From a virus, in the IMG/VR virus record IMGVR_UViG_3300010885_053065, positions 1 to 64,000 of that record: a stretch of DNA of 64,000 nucleotides. One strand, given 5' to 3'. A program made the position numbers and the translations under genes. Below the pieces are notes generated by a model. That model was not told the DNA's origin. It worked only from the letters and a program-made list of their open reading frames with translations, and searched no databases. Position 1 is the first letter of the stretch; each line of letters begins with the position of its first letter. Positions 19,333-28,857 of this stretch are shown here, piece after piece.

Positions 19333-19515
19333 ATGATACCTAATTTATCAGACATTATAAAAGCAGTAACTCCTTTATTAATAGCTAGTTGTGCCACTGC
19401 CATATCTCTAGTCGCTATGGCAAACAATATTAAAGATCCTCAAGTTTGGGCTATAGCTAGTACTGGTTTTACTGTTGCAGGAGCATTATCTTCTCCTTCT
19501 GTACCAAAAAGTTAG
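19333..19515 (+). CDS. Small membrane protein
   Basis: 60 aa with two hydrophobic segments. Confidence 0.55.
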   Translation: MIPNLSDIIKAVTPLLIASCATAISLVAMANNIKDPQVWAIASTGFTVAGALSSPSVPKS

Positions 19516-19547
19516 AAATTAAAGTTAACCAATTAATAGATTATCAA

Positions 19548-20120
19548 ATGTCAATAATAGTTATTGAAGGAATAGATGGTGTAGGAAAAAGTACCCTAGC
19601 CCAAGGATTAGCTGAGAAAATAAAAGCAGAAGTAAGACATTTACCTACTCCTTGGTTCTATGAAAACGCTAAAAGAGCAGATAGCAACCTAGGGAAAAGA
19701 GCCTTATATGTTTTAGATTTTCAAAGAGCTAGACATAAGCAGAGAAATGTTTATATTTATGACCGTCATATCCCTTCACAATTGGCTTATGACCTCTTAA
19801 ACCCTACTCTGTCTATGGAAGATTGGTATTCATGTTACGGAGAAGAGATCAGAATACCTCTAGTTACTTTTTACTTAGACTGTCCAATTAATACTAGTTG
19901 GAAGAGGATTAATGAACGTCAAAAAAATATAGACGATGAGTATGAGCAATTAGAAAAACAAGAAAAACTGAAAAAGAATTATGAAGATCATGTAATACCA
20001 TTCTTGTTAAATAAAGGCTGGAATATTCAATCTATTAAAGCGGAAGAAGATACAGATACTGTTTTATATAATGTTTTTTCATTACTTTGTTCTGATGCAT
20101 TGTTTAAGAAACAAGTTTAA
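19548..20120 (+). CDS. tmk: Thymidylate kinase
   Basis: IEGIDGVGKST P-loop, DR motif, SQLAY. Confidence 0.85.
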   Translation: MSIIVIEGIDGVGKSTLAQGLAEKIKAEVRHLPTPWFYENAKRADSNLGKRALYVLDFQRARHKQRNVYIYDRHIPSQLAYDLLNPTLSMEDWYSCYGEEIRIPLVTFYLDCPINTSWKRINERQKNIDDEYEQLEKQEKLKKNYEDHVIPFLLNKGWNIQSIKAEEDTDTVLYNVFSLLCSDALFKKQV

Positions 20121-20445
20121 CTTCTTCTAGAGCTTCCAACAAATTTAACCTTAATTCTTGAGTATCTTTAGTTAAATCTTCTGGTTTAGCTAAAGCGTAT
20201 TCTAGCCACATCATGACAATTTGCTCGTTAATGTCAACTATTAATTCTTCTCTTGTGTAAGCAAAAACAAATAGATCGATGACAGGGTTTTCAGCTATCA
20301 GAACCCTGTCATATTTACACCTTATACATGATCCTCCATACGGTTTATCTGTATAAGGTGTAACTTTAATCGGTTCTTTAAACTGTAAATTTATTGCTCC
20401 CCAAGAGATTTTGTCTAGCAGAATGGGTGATATGTTGTTGTCCAC
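20104..20445 (-). CDS. Hypothetical protein (HicB-like fold possible)
   Basis: VFAYTREELIVDINEQI resembles a HicB N-domain. Confidence 0.45.
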   Translation of the reverse strand: MDNNISPILLDKISWGAINLQFKEPIKVTPYTDKPYGGSCIRCKYDRVLIAENPVIDLFVFAYTREELIVDINEQIVMMWLEYALAKPEDLTKDTQELRLNLLEALEEVKLVS

Positions 20446-20503
20446 AAAATTAAGTCCTTGGTATAGTGATACTTAAATTATAAAAAATAAAAGAAAACAA
20501 ATA

Positions 20504-22330
20504 ATGACTAACGCTTCAATCCCTATTAACCCAAGAGACTGTGTCAAAAGTTCTACAACAAAGATAGAAGTTGATCTTGACAAATTAGACCTTAGCTATC
20601 AACCAGAACAAGAGATTCAGTCGTGGGAGCCTACCAAAAAGTTAACAGCATACTCAACCAAAAGTAAGGTTTATTTAGATATTGAGACTACTGGATTAGA
20701 CTCTAGAACCAATAGAGTAATCATGGTAGGACTCAAAACTCACCAAGGAGAAGTAACTATCTTTGATGATGAGAAAGAGCATATACTACTAGAGAAGATA
20801 ATTGAATATATAACTGACAAGAAACCGTACTTATTGATTGGTCATAATCTTTTTAACTTTGACTTACCTTTCCTGATGACTCGTTGTGAGAAGTATGGGA
20901 TTACTCATAACTTCAAGTTTGGAGACATGGACAGGAACATAACTTCCTCTAGTTTTAACGGTCAACCAATCAGATTTAGACCAGTTAACTTACCCAAAAC
21001 AAATATAGTAGACACATTCCATCAGATAGCTATTTGGGATAAATCAGCCAACAAACTAACCTCCTATAACCTTAAGTCATCTGTCATAGCCCTAGGATTG
21101 AGGGATGAGAAGCGACTAGAGCTATCTAACAATCAGATTCAAGCTTGCTATCAGAATAAGGATTTTGAAACGATTAAGACCTATTTAGAGTATGACCTTG
21201 ACGATACTGAACTACTGGCTAACTACTTAATCCCTGTAGTCTACTTCCAGTTAAAGATAGTACCTAATATTACTCTTCAAGAATTAGCTATAGGTTCTCC
21301 TGCTTTAAAGGCTCAAAAGATACATCAGTCCTTGATTAAAGAGGAACATACAGCAGATAATAAAGTTTCTTATGAAGGTGGTAAGGTTACTCTACACAAA
21401 GCAGGTCTACACAGGGATGTAGCAAAGATTGACGTTAGTTCTCTTTACCCTTCAATAATGCTTAGGTATCAATTATGTAGTAGAAAAGATACTGATAAGC
21501 TTTTCCTAGGTGTTCTTAAGTACATGAAGGATGAGAGGATTAGGCTTAAGCAGTTAGCTAAAGAAGGTAATAAACAAGCTGATATAGAACAGAATGCTTT
21601 AAAGATTCTGATTAACGGTTCCTATGGATATTTTGGGACTGGTGGTTATGGCTTTAATGATTATGAAGTTGCTGCATTAATAACCGCTATAGGAAGAAAG
21701 ATTTTAAAAGTTATGGAAGACTTTATTGTTAAGAATAATGGAGTCTTGATTGAGTCAGACACTGATGGGGTAATCTTCTCACACAATGATCCAGTTACTC
21801 TAGTTAATAATTTGTCTCCTGAATTACCATCTGGAATAGAAGTTGATTTGGAGTATAAGAATTGTGTTGCTTGTGTTCCTAAAGCCAAGAATTACATAAT
21901 ACTAAAACCAGACGGTAAAGTTATTTCTAAAGGTGTTAAACGGGCTGATATACCTCTAATTAAAGAGTTTAGAGTTGAATATATTAAGGCTTGGAAAAAC
22001 AACCCTGATGACGCTAAAACCTATCAGAGAACAGTTAATAGTAGTCTAGCTTCTGGCAACTATCCAATTGATAAGTTAACTATTACTAGAAAGATTGCTA
22101 AGAGCGAGAAAAATTTAGTTGATTTAGGGATAGGACAGATAGGTGAAACTGTTACCTACTATTACGGTTTGGGTAATCTAGCAACTAAAACAAAAGTTAA
22201 TAAAGTTCCACAAGAAGTAACTAGTGGACCATACTTTGCACAGCTTTATATTGACAAGATTAATGAATTGGTGGATGAGATGAATCCTCCACCAATAACA
22301 AGTATTCAGACTAGTCTTTTTGACGTTTAG
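20504..22330 (+). CDS. polB: Family B DNA polymerase
   Basis: DIETTG exonuclease, DVSSLYPS, KILINGSYG, ESDTDG. Confidence 0.95.
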   Translation: MTNASIPINPRDCVKSSTTKIEVDLDKLDLSYQPEQEIQSWEPTKKLTAYSTKSKVYLDIETTGLDSRTNRVIMVGLKTHQGEVTIFDDEKEHILLEKIIEYITDKKPYLLIGHNLFNFDLPFLMTRCEKYGITHNFKFGDMDRNITSSSFNGQPIRFRPVNLPKTNIVDTFHQIAIWDKSANKLTSYNLKSSVIALGLRDEKRLELSNNQIQACYQNKDFETIKTYLEYDLDDTELLANYLIPVVYFQLKIVPNITLQELAIGSPALKAQKIHQSLIKEEHTADNKVSYEGGKVTLHKAGLHRDVAKIDVSSLYPSIMLRYQLCSRKDTDKLFLGVLKYMKDERIRLKQLAKEGNKQADIEQNALKILINGSYGYFGTGGYGFNDYEVAALITAIGRKILKVMEDFIVKNNGVLIESDTDGVIFSHNDPVTLVNNLSPELPSGIEVDLEYKNCVACVPKAKNYIILKPDGKVISKGVKRADIPLIKEFRVEYIKAWKNNPDDAKTYQRTVNSSLASGNYPIDKLTITRKIAKSEKNLVDLGIGQIGETVTYYYGLGNLATKTKVNKVPQEVTSGPYFAQLYIDKINELVDEMNPPPITSIQTSLFDV

Positions 22331-22389
22331 TAGAATATTTCTTATTGTTAAAATACAAAATACATGTAAATTATAAAGGTTAAATTAAT

Positions 22390-22899
22390 ATGAAAGAAGT
22401 AGCAGAGCAACTAATACTTAGTTCAGCAAACGAGATAAAAACAAAAAGAGAACGGACAGAAAGAGAAATAAGAGAAAAAAGAAAAAAAGAAAGAGAAAAA
22501 TACGGTGATATAGATTTCGGTGATCACCTTATTGGTGAATATAAAATTAGTAAATATCTACAAGACAAATTAGGTGGACAAACAGAGGTAAATACACCAA
22601 CAGGAAAAATAGATTTATTAACTGATTCTTTGTTGATAGAAATAAAGGAATTTGCTAACTGGAAAACAGGTATTGGACAATTATTTGCTTATGGATATTT
22701 TTACCCATCACACAAAAAAGTTTTATATTTTTACGGCAGACTTGGTGATTACTTTAAAATAGATTTAGTCGTAGAAATCTTATCATCTCTTGGTATCGAG
22801 CCTATGTTTGTTTACAAAAGCGAATTCGATAAATACTTAGAGCTTACGCCTTTTCCGAATGAGATGATTGTTTGTAATGTTTGTTGTGTAGAACTTTAG
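22390..22899 (+). CDS. PD-(D/E)xK nuclease-like protein
   Basis: EVNTPTGKIDLL...IEIK...GIGQL. Confidence 0.7.
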   Translation: MKEVAEQLILSSANEIKTKRERTEREIREKRKKEREKYGDIDFGDHLIGEYKISKYLQDKLGGQTEVNTPTGKIDLLTDSLLIEIKEFANWKTGIGQLFAYGYFYPSHKKVLYFYGRLGDYFKIDLVVEILSSLGIEPMFVYKSEFDKYLELTPFPNEMIVCNVCCVEL

Positions 22900-22909
22900 G
22901 TATTTACTA

Positions 22910-23000
22910 TAGTATAATAAAAGAAATACCCTCTCGCGGGTGAGTGCGACCAACACTTGAACCCCAGAGGGAGTAAACCTTAAAACGGAAGGCTCACACT
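22910..23000 (+). promoter_or_regulatory. Promoter plus structured 5' leader, copy 1
   Basis: TAGTATAAT then a CCCTCT...AGAGGG stem, homologous to 39536-39629. Confidence 0.65.
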
Positions 23001-23684
23001 ATGAATAATAGCAATAAAGCTATTGTAGCGAAAGTAGATTTCGGATTCACTCAAGTAGATGGTCTCATGCTTCCTGATGGAACATATGCTATCGCGATGG
23101 CTCAAGCAAATAAATTATTAGTATTTTCATCCTCTACTCAAAACGCATTAAAATCGCTAAAACTCTTACTAGGTAAAGACTCTGAACTTATACGAGCAAA
23201 AACAGAATTAGCAAATAACCCTGCATATATTCTGACAATTCCGCAATTCAGAACTCTAATCAGAGAATTGGACAAACGCGGTAATGCTACAGCTACAGCA
23301 TTTATCGATGCAGTCCTAGAAGAAGCTATAGAAAGACGCTTTGATACCGCATTTTGTAAGACGGTAGAAGAAGCTGAAAGAAACGCTTTATTAGCTCAAA
23401 GGATGAACAGACTTCTTGCGAGAAAGCAATGGACTGACTGCATCAGAGACCGTCACCTTGAGTTATACGGAACAAAGCCAACACCTAACCAATATAAGCA
23501 GTGGACAATTCAGGTTAACTTAGTCCTTTTTGACAAGAAACACTTTAACTGCAATCGTGACAATATGGCATTTGAGGAACAAAGAGTTATTGAGAACTTT
23601 GAGTTTACGTGTGTCAGAAAATCTAAACAGTTCCCTTTGGCTAACCCTGAAGAAATTTTAGAAAGAACTCTAGCTAACTTCTAA
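23001..23684 (+). CDS. Antirepressor-like DNA-binding protein
   Basis: VDGLMLPDGTY N-terminus typical of cyanobacterial phage regulators. Confidence 0.5.
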   Translation: MNNSNKAIVAKVDFGFTQVDGLMLPDGTYAIAMAQANKLLVFSSSTQNALKSLKLLLGKDSELIRAKTELANNPAYILTIPQFRTLIRELDKRGNATATAFIDAVLEEAIERRFDTAFCKTVEEAERNALLAQRMNRLLARKQWTDCIRDRHLELYGTKPTPNQYKQWTIQVNLVLFDKKHFNCNRDNMAFEEQRVIENFEFTCVRKSKQFPLANPEEILERTLANF

Positions 23685-23717
23685 TCATTTCCTCTTGATG
23701 TGAGGCTAACCAAAACC

Positions 23718-25223
23718 TCACATCCCTCCCCACATACCCAGATTCTCAGGATAGAAAGAGTAAGCCAAGGCATCAGCAAAGTCTGGAGACTCTAGTCCAC
23801 GCTTACGCATATCGTCTTTACTCTCTACTAGAATCTTTCCTGTAGTAGCCCACTTCCTAATAGGTTGTGAGATTTGCTGTATTAAAGTAGGATGGTTTGG
23901 AATTGAGATCATCTCTTCTGGTTCATGTATTTTAATACCGTGAGTATGGTCATAAGTATTCTTAAACCTCCAAGCTAAGACTCCCCACCATTCAGCACGA
24001 GCGTTAGAAAACTTATCTTTACTAGTCTTCTCTTCTCCTTCCCACCAATGCGACGATCCAGAAGCTGCACCATGCAAAGCGTTAACGATAAAAGGTAAAT
24101 AACCAGCGTTAGCAAGAGTACCAGCTACACCAGCCCCAACTCCATCAGCATCAAAATTGAGTACTGAAACACCATACTGATTACATAGTTCTATTACTTT
24201 GAACCCTGTTTGAGTAGTATCAAGTCCTGACCATTGCTCAATATGTATTATTTTAGAACCACGTCTTAACATAAAGACATTTAAGCATTTCCCACTAGTG
24301 GCAACATCCAAAGAAGCAATAGTTCTACTATCCTCTGGTAGAAAAAAGTTTATGGCAGAGAGAACGTGTTCGTTAGGGATAAAGATACCCTCTACAGAGG
24401 CTCCATAATCTATATCAATCTCACTAGCTATTGTTACTGAGTCAAATTGAGCACATTTCTTCTGATACCACTCGTCATCTTTCCTTGGATCATCTCTCCA
24501 ATGAAATCTAAAAATTTGTTCAGGAGCTAAAGTACTTCTCTTCTTGTAAAAGAAGTTATGTCCGTTTACAGTACTTGTATAAAAGATTACATCTGAGTTT
24601 CCAGATAAAGCTGCTTCTGCTTTGATTGGTTGATCAGCAAAGGCTACCTCATCCCAATCGTATACAGAAGACCGACCACCCCTACCTATGTTGTCCCCAA
24701 TCTCTCCAGTAATAGTAGAACTATTTTGTGGGTTGATCAACTTCATAGAATTGTCATGCTTATTCCAATCAAAGCCTTCAGGAAGTAACCAGAACGGTAA
24801 CAGCCTTAACATAATCCTTAGCTTCTCAAAGATGCTAGAAGGGTTACCACGTTGGTCTACAAGCTCCTGTTTCCTTGAAGCAAAAGCTCCTGCATAACCA
24901 TGTTCAAAGAGCCAGTAATGTAGTTGATCTGCACAATTCATCCAACTAGCCCCACTATCCCTACTCTTCTCAAAGAGACCATGCTGTTTAAGTAAACGTC
25001 TTTCACGTCTCCATAGAATATAATCTCTCTGTTTAGGGAATAACAAGAAAGGGATATATTTATACTCTAGTCTTGGGTCATAAGTCCATACCCAATTCTC
25101 TATAAAGTACAGTACGTCTAGTGCACACATCTTTTTGATAACTGACTGCAAGTTAGTATCTTTCTTGGCTTTAGCAGTTATCTCTACTCTTTTAGCGATG
25201 GCTTGAACTAAATCAGCAGGCAT
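23718..25223 (-). CDS. terL: Terminase large subunit
   Basis: EKSRDSGASW Walker A, YDWDE Walker B, RNase H-like LDVA, FDADGVG, SPDFADAL. Confidence 0.92.
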   Translation of the reverse strand: MPADLVQAIAKRVEITAKAKKDTNLQSVIKKMCALDVLYFIENWVWTYDPRLEYKYIPFLLFPKQRDYILWRRERRLLKQHGLFEKSRDSGASWMNCADQLHYWLFEHGYAGAFASRKQELVDQRGNPSSIFEKLRIMLRLLPFWLLPEGFDWNKHDNSMKLINPQNSSTITGEIGDNIGRGGRSSVYDWDEVAFADQPIKAEAALSGNSDVIFYTSTVNGHNFFYKKRSTLAPEQIFRFHWRDDPRKDDEWYQKKCAQFDSVTIASEIDIDYGASVEGIFIPNEHVLSAINFFLPEDSRTIASLDVATSGKCLNVFMLRRGSKIIHIEQWSGLDTTQTGFKVIELCNQYGVSVLNFDADGVGAGVAGTLANAGYLPFIVNALHGAASGSSHWWEGEEKTSKDKFSNARAEWWGVLAWRFKNTYDHTHGIKIHEPEEMISIPNHPTLIQQISQPIRKWATTGKILVESKDDMRKRGLESPDFADALAYSFYPENLGMWGGM

Positions 25224-25698
25224 CGTCTTGTATTAAGGTTTTGTAATAAGTTAGTAGTTCATCAGGAGACATATTCTCAACTACTTTGTCAGAAGTAGTG
25301 CTAGAAGACTCTTCTTGTTCCTCTAGAATGTGCTTAGCTGTATCGCGTCTAAGTTTAATTAAATCGATATACCCCTTAGCTGCTGCTACTTGTGCAGATG
25401 GGGGACACTCAGGATTAGATATTATGCGGTCAAAAAGACGTTCAGCCTTAATAAATAAGGTCTCTTGTCTTTTACCACTAATTAAGATTAAGTTGCTTCT
25501 AATATCTGTCTGATCGGGAGGCTTGTATTCAAGATCCTTATCAAACATATGTCTTTCTTTTAGGTATTTGTCATGCCAGTTTCTTATCGTTTTAGGAGGG
25601 ACATCGCTGAACTCTTTATAGATATCAACCGGTTTCTTCCCTTCTTTGAATCTTAATAGTATAATGTCTTTATAGCAGTCTCCCTTACTAATACGCAT
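25213..25698 (-). CDS. terS: Terminase small subunit (putative)
   Basis: N-terminal HTH, directly upstream of and overlapping terL. Confidence 0.65.
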   Translation of the reverse strand: MRISKGDCYKDIILLRFKEGKKPVDIYKEFSDVPPKTIRNWHDKYLKERHMFDKDLEYKPPDQTDIRSNLILISGKRQETLFIKAERLFDRIISNPECPPSAQVAAAKGYIDLIKLRRDTAKHILEEQEESSSTTSDKVVENMSPDELLTYYKTLIQDDAC

Positions 25699-26197
25699 AT
25701 TTTGTACCCCAATAATAGCTATATGGTACCATCTTTAATATAGTATATTTCTTTACATATGGACATAATTAATAATTTTCTTTTTCCAGTTCTCCTATTT
25801 TTCTTCTATTTTTGTCTTGGCTACAATCTATTTGTTCCAAATAAAACTAATAAGGTAGAACCTCAATTAATTGCCATACCAGTTAGTATTCAATCTGATT
25901 TCTATACACAAACAAAAGAACTATTTAATTCTTTCTAGCTTTCAGTAGCCCACTTTAAAACCTCTTTACAGGTTGAGTGCTCACTATCTGACAATCCACT
26001 AGAGCAAAAACCATCTTTTATATCAAAAAAGAATTTAGTTTGAGAGTATTTTCTAGCTTGATTTTTTGATAGTCCTAATAGACTGGATACTGATAAGTAA
26101 ACTCTTTTTTTTGTGTTTAAAGCAAGTAAGTTGAACTAATACACTTTATAATCCTTACTCAGTAAAGGTTTTAAAATATTAGTGTCCGAGATATTTG

Positions 26198-26538
26198 TTA
26201 TTGAAATATTTGAGATAAGACTATTTCTGAGTAACAACCAACCTCACCATATCTTGGATCGGACATCTTCTCAACGGTTAGGTCTAGTTGTTTTGATAAT
26301 CTGGTTGCCATTCTTCCTAATTTAGCGGCTTCTTTAACAGCTAGAGTTTTTAATCCTTTTAGCTTGGCGTAACCACGAATTGTGTAATAATCTCCGTCTG
26401 GCTTAAATATACGATCAAGTTCTGCATCGTGAGCTTGAACTATTTCTGTTAATTCTGTAGTTCTTTGAGCTTCTAGTGCTAATTGCTGCTTGAGTAGTTC
26501 CTGTTCTTTTTCTACCTTGACTAGCTGCTCTGCATACA
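26198..26538 (-). pseudogene. 3' half of a BRO-N antirepressor split by an IS
   Basis: Joins in frame to 27877-28240 when the IS is removed (…EMLL-M-YAEQ…). Confidence 0.8.
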
Positions 26539-27876
26539 GTGAACTACCCGTCGCTCTAGGAGCGCGGGCTTCCAATTTCAATAGGAATAACGTCTAACAA
26601 AACCGAAGTTTTACCAGCCCGACTTACATTCCCTCCATTGGCAGTGTCGCTAGTTCCTAACGACAATAATCGCAAGCCTTCTTCTCTTATGTTTATCGCT
26701 GCATTTATATCTCTATCGTGTTGAGTATGGCAGCTAGGGCACTCCCAATGTCTTACATCTAAGGGCATTTCCGACACTTTGTACAAGCAATTACTACAAG
26801 TCTTAGAGCTAGGAAACCATCTATCTATCTCTAGATAAACCTTTCCTTCTTTCTCTGCTTTGTACTTGAGCATTGTCCCAAACTTACCCCAACTAACATC
26901 ACTAATAGCTTTAGCTAATTTATGGTTGCGTACCATCCCTTTGACATTTAGATTTTCTACGACAATCACTTGGTTATCGTTGACTATCTTGCGAGATAGC
27001 TTGTGTAAAAAATCTTCCCTACAGCGACTTATTTTTGAATGTACTTTAGCTACTAATTTTCTAGCTTTATTTCTTGAGTTACTTCCTTTTTTCTTCCTAT
27101 TAAGTTTCTGTTGCTTCCTCTTAAGGTTCTTCTGATGTTTCTTGAAGTGTTTAGGATTATCGTATTTACTGCCATCACTGGTAATAGCAAAATGATTTAA
27201 TCCTACGTCTATTCCTATAGCTTTCCCTTCGATTATTGTAGTAGTAGAAGATTCTAATCCATTGTCTGTCAGAATAGAAGCAAAGTATTTACCATCTGGA
27301 TTCAGTGAGATAGTTACAGTTTTAATACTGCCCTCTATTGGTCTATGAATCTTACAGTAAATCTCTCCTATCTTAGGAAACTTAATCGCCTCATCTAATA
27401 TAGTTACTCGCTGAGGATAGCTAATAGATTGTTTACCATGCTTGGATTTGAAACTAGGTAAACCCGCACGTTTCTCAAAGAAGTTTTTGTAAGCAGTAGA
27501 TAAATTGAGTGCTACTACTTGGAGACATTGAGAGTAAGCATCAGACAGCCATTCATATTCTTTCTTTAGATTAGGTAATAAACCCTGAATAACTCCTCTT
27601 GATAGACCTTTACCTGTAGTCTTATAGGTTTCCTGACAAAGATTCAAGCTATAGTTCCAATACCACCTTACACATCCAAACGCCTTTGCTAGTTGCGTTT
27701 GCTGTTCATTAGTAGGATAGATTCTGAACTTATAGGCTTTATACATTTATCAGTTTTCTGTATTACTGCTACAAGTCTAGCGCAACAAAAGGAAGATTGC
27801 CAAAGATTCTAGACAATGGTTTGCTGTCAAAATTCATCCCGACGCTTATTAAGCGCGGGACTTCTTTTGGATTGAG
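26539..27876 (-). mobile_element. IS200/IS605-family tnpB-only element (IS1341-like)
   Basis: Subterminal hairpins CCCGCGCT…AGCGTCGGG and CCCGCGCT…AGCGACGGG. Left end follows TTAA, right end is …GTTCAC. No target duplication. Confidence 0.88.
26556..27746 (-). CDS. tnpB: RNA-guided endonuclease TnpB
   Basis: KAYKFRIYP, GIDVG, VVENL, CSNC…CPSC, DRDINAA. Confidence 0.95.
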   Translation of the reverse strand: MYKAYKFRIYPTNEQQTQLAKAFGCVRWYWNYSLNLCQETYKTTGKGLSRGVIQGLLPNLKKEYEWLSDAYSQCLQVVALNLSTAYKNFFEKRAGLPSFKSKHGKQSISYPQRVTILDEAIKFPKIGEIYCKIHRPIEGSIKTVTISLNPDGKYFASILTDNGLESSTTTIIEGKAIGIDVGLNHFAITSDGSKYDNPKHFKKHQKNLKRKQQKLNRKKKGSNSRNKARKLVAKVHSKISRCREDFLHKLSRKIVNDNQVIVVENLNVKGMVRNHKLAKAISDVSWGKFGTMLKYKAEKEGKVYLEIDRWFPSSKTCSNCLYKVSEMPLDVRHWECPSCHTQHDRDINAAINIREEGLRLLSLGTSDTANGGNVSRAGKTSVLLDVIPIEIGSPRS

Positions 27877-28240
27877 TTAACAGCATCTCAGCAGGTGACT
27901 TAGCTTGAATTGAGTAGCTACCAATTTTTCTGATTGAAGGAATGACCTCAGATGTTAGCCATTTTTTAAAAACTTTGGCTTCTGGCTTGCGAGAAGTTAG
28001 GACTAGTGAATATAATCCAGATTCTGAAATCGTTAATATATCTCGGTTTTGACCTGCTACGAATAATGTTCGGATCAGCTTTTCATCTTCATCGAGCCTT
28101 TCGGAAGTTTTGCTAACATCTGTTAACTCAAGAACTTCACAAACATCTTTAGCCACAAACCAAGGCTCATTATTTACAACTACTACTCGTACTTGATTGT
28201 CGTTAAAATTAAAAACTGTTAAATTGTTCATTGGGGTCAA
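27877..28240 (-). pseudogene. 5' half of the BRO-N antirepressor
   Basis: EPWFVAKDVC…ISESGLYSLVLTSRKPEAK BRO-N domain. Confidence 0.85.
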
Positions 28241-28380
28241 CCTACTCCATTAGGTTAATTCAAGTCGTCTTCTAAAGTATTTCGAGTGCTTTAGGAGGCG
28301 CATTTCTTATATTATACTACATTCTCTTAGACAAGTACTAAGTTAAAGATATTGGCTACTATAGATTCACACATTAAGTA

Positions 28381-28737
28381 GTGAATTTTAATATGAGTAC
28401 ATCAAGATTAGAGTATAAATTCTTGAATCTATTGCAAGCTTATTATCCTCAGATTGAATTTTCCCAAGAATACAAGAATATAATTCCTAATCGTAGATTT
28501 ATCTTTGACTTTTGCTTTCCTCAATCAAAAGTTGCTATAGAAATTAGTGGTCAGATTTGGAGAAAAGGCGGTCATACTTCTGGCAAAGGTGTACAAAGAG
28601 ATTATGAAAAGATTAACCTTGCTTTGCTAGAAGGTTGGATAGTTTTTCAGTTGTCAGAGGAAATGATTACAAAAGAATGGCTAGATAAAATAATTAGTTC
28701 TGTTAAGTTAAGAGAAACTAAATCGGTTATCTGTTAA
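28381..28737 (+). CDS. DUF559/Vsr-like endonuclease
   Basis: RRFIFDFCFPQSKVAIEISG…H…RDYEKINLA…GW. Confidence 0.75.
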   Translation: MNFNMSTSRLEYKFLNLLQAYYPQIEFSQEYKNIIPNRRFIFDFCFPQSKVAIEISGQIWRKGGHTSGKGVQRDYEKINLALLEGWIVFQLSEEMITKEWLDKIISSVKLRETKSVIC

Positions 28738-28857
28738 AATAAGATTGAAGCATAAAGCTCACACTCTAACTTCCTCATTGGTTAGAGTGTTTTTTATTTA
28801 AAATACTTAATTGACACTTGTTAGAATGGTAATCAATATATAAATTAAATAACCTTA

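Noticed and set aside
25740-26190. Possible decayed gene upstream of terS
   Set aside because: There is an open stretch on the minus strand but no start codon or recognisable family, so it is not supportable.
26198-26581. 127-aa ORF as a real gene with its own start
   Set aside because: Its N-terminus derives from the IS right end. It is the 3' half of the split BRO gene.
26539-27876. IStron (self-splicing IS) interpretation
   Set aside because: Only ~130 bp lie between the left end and tnpB, too short for a group I intron core.
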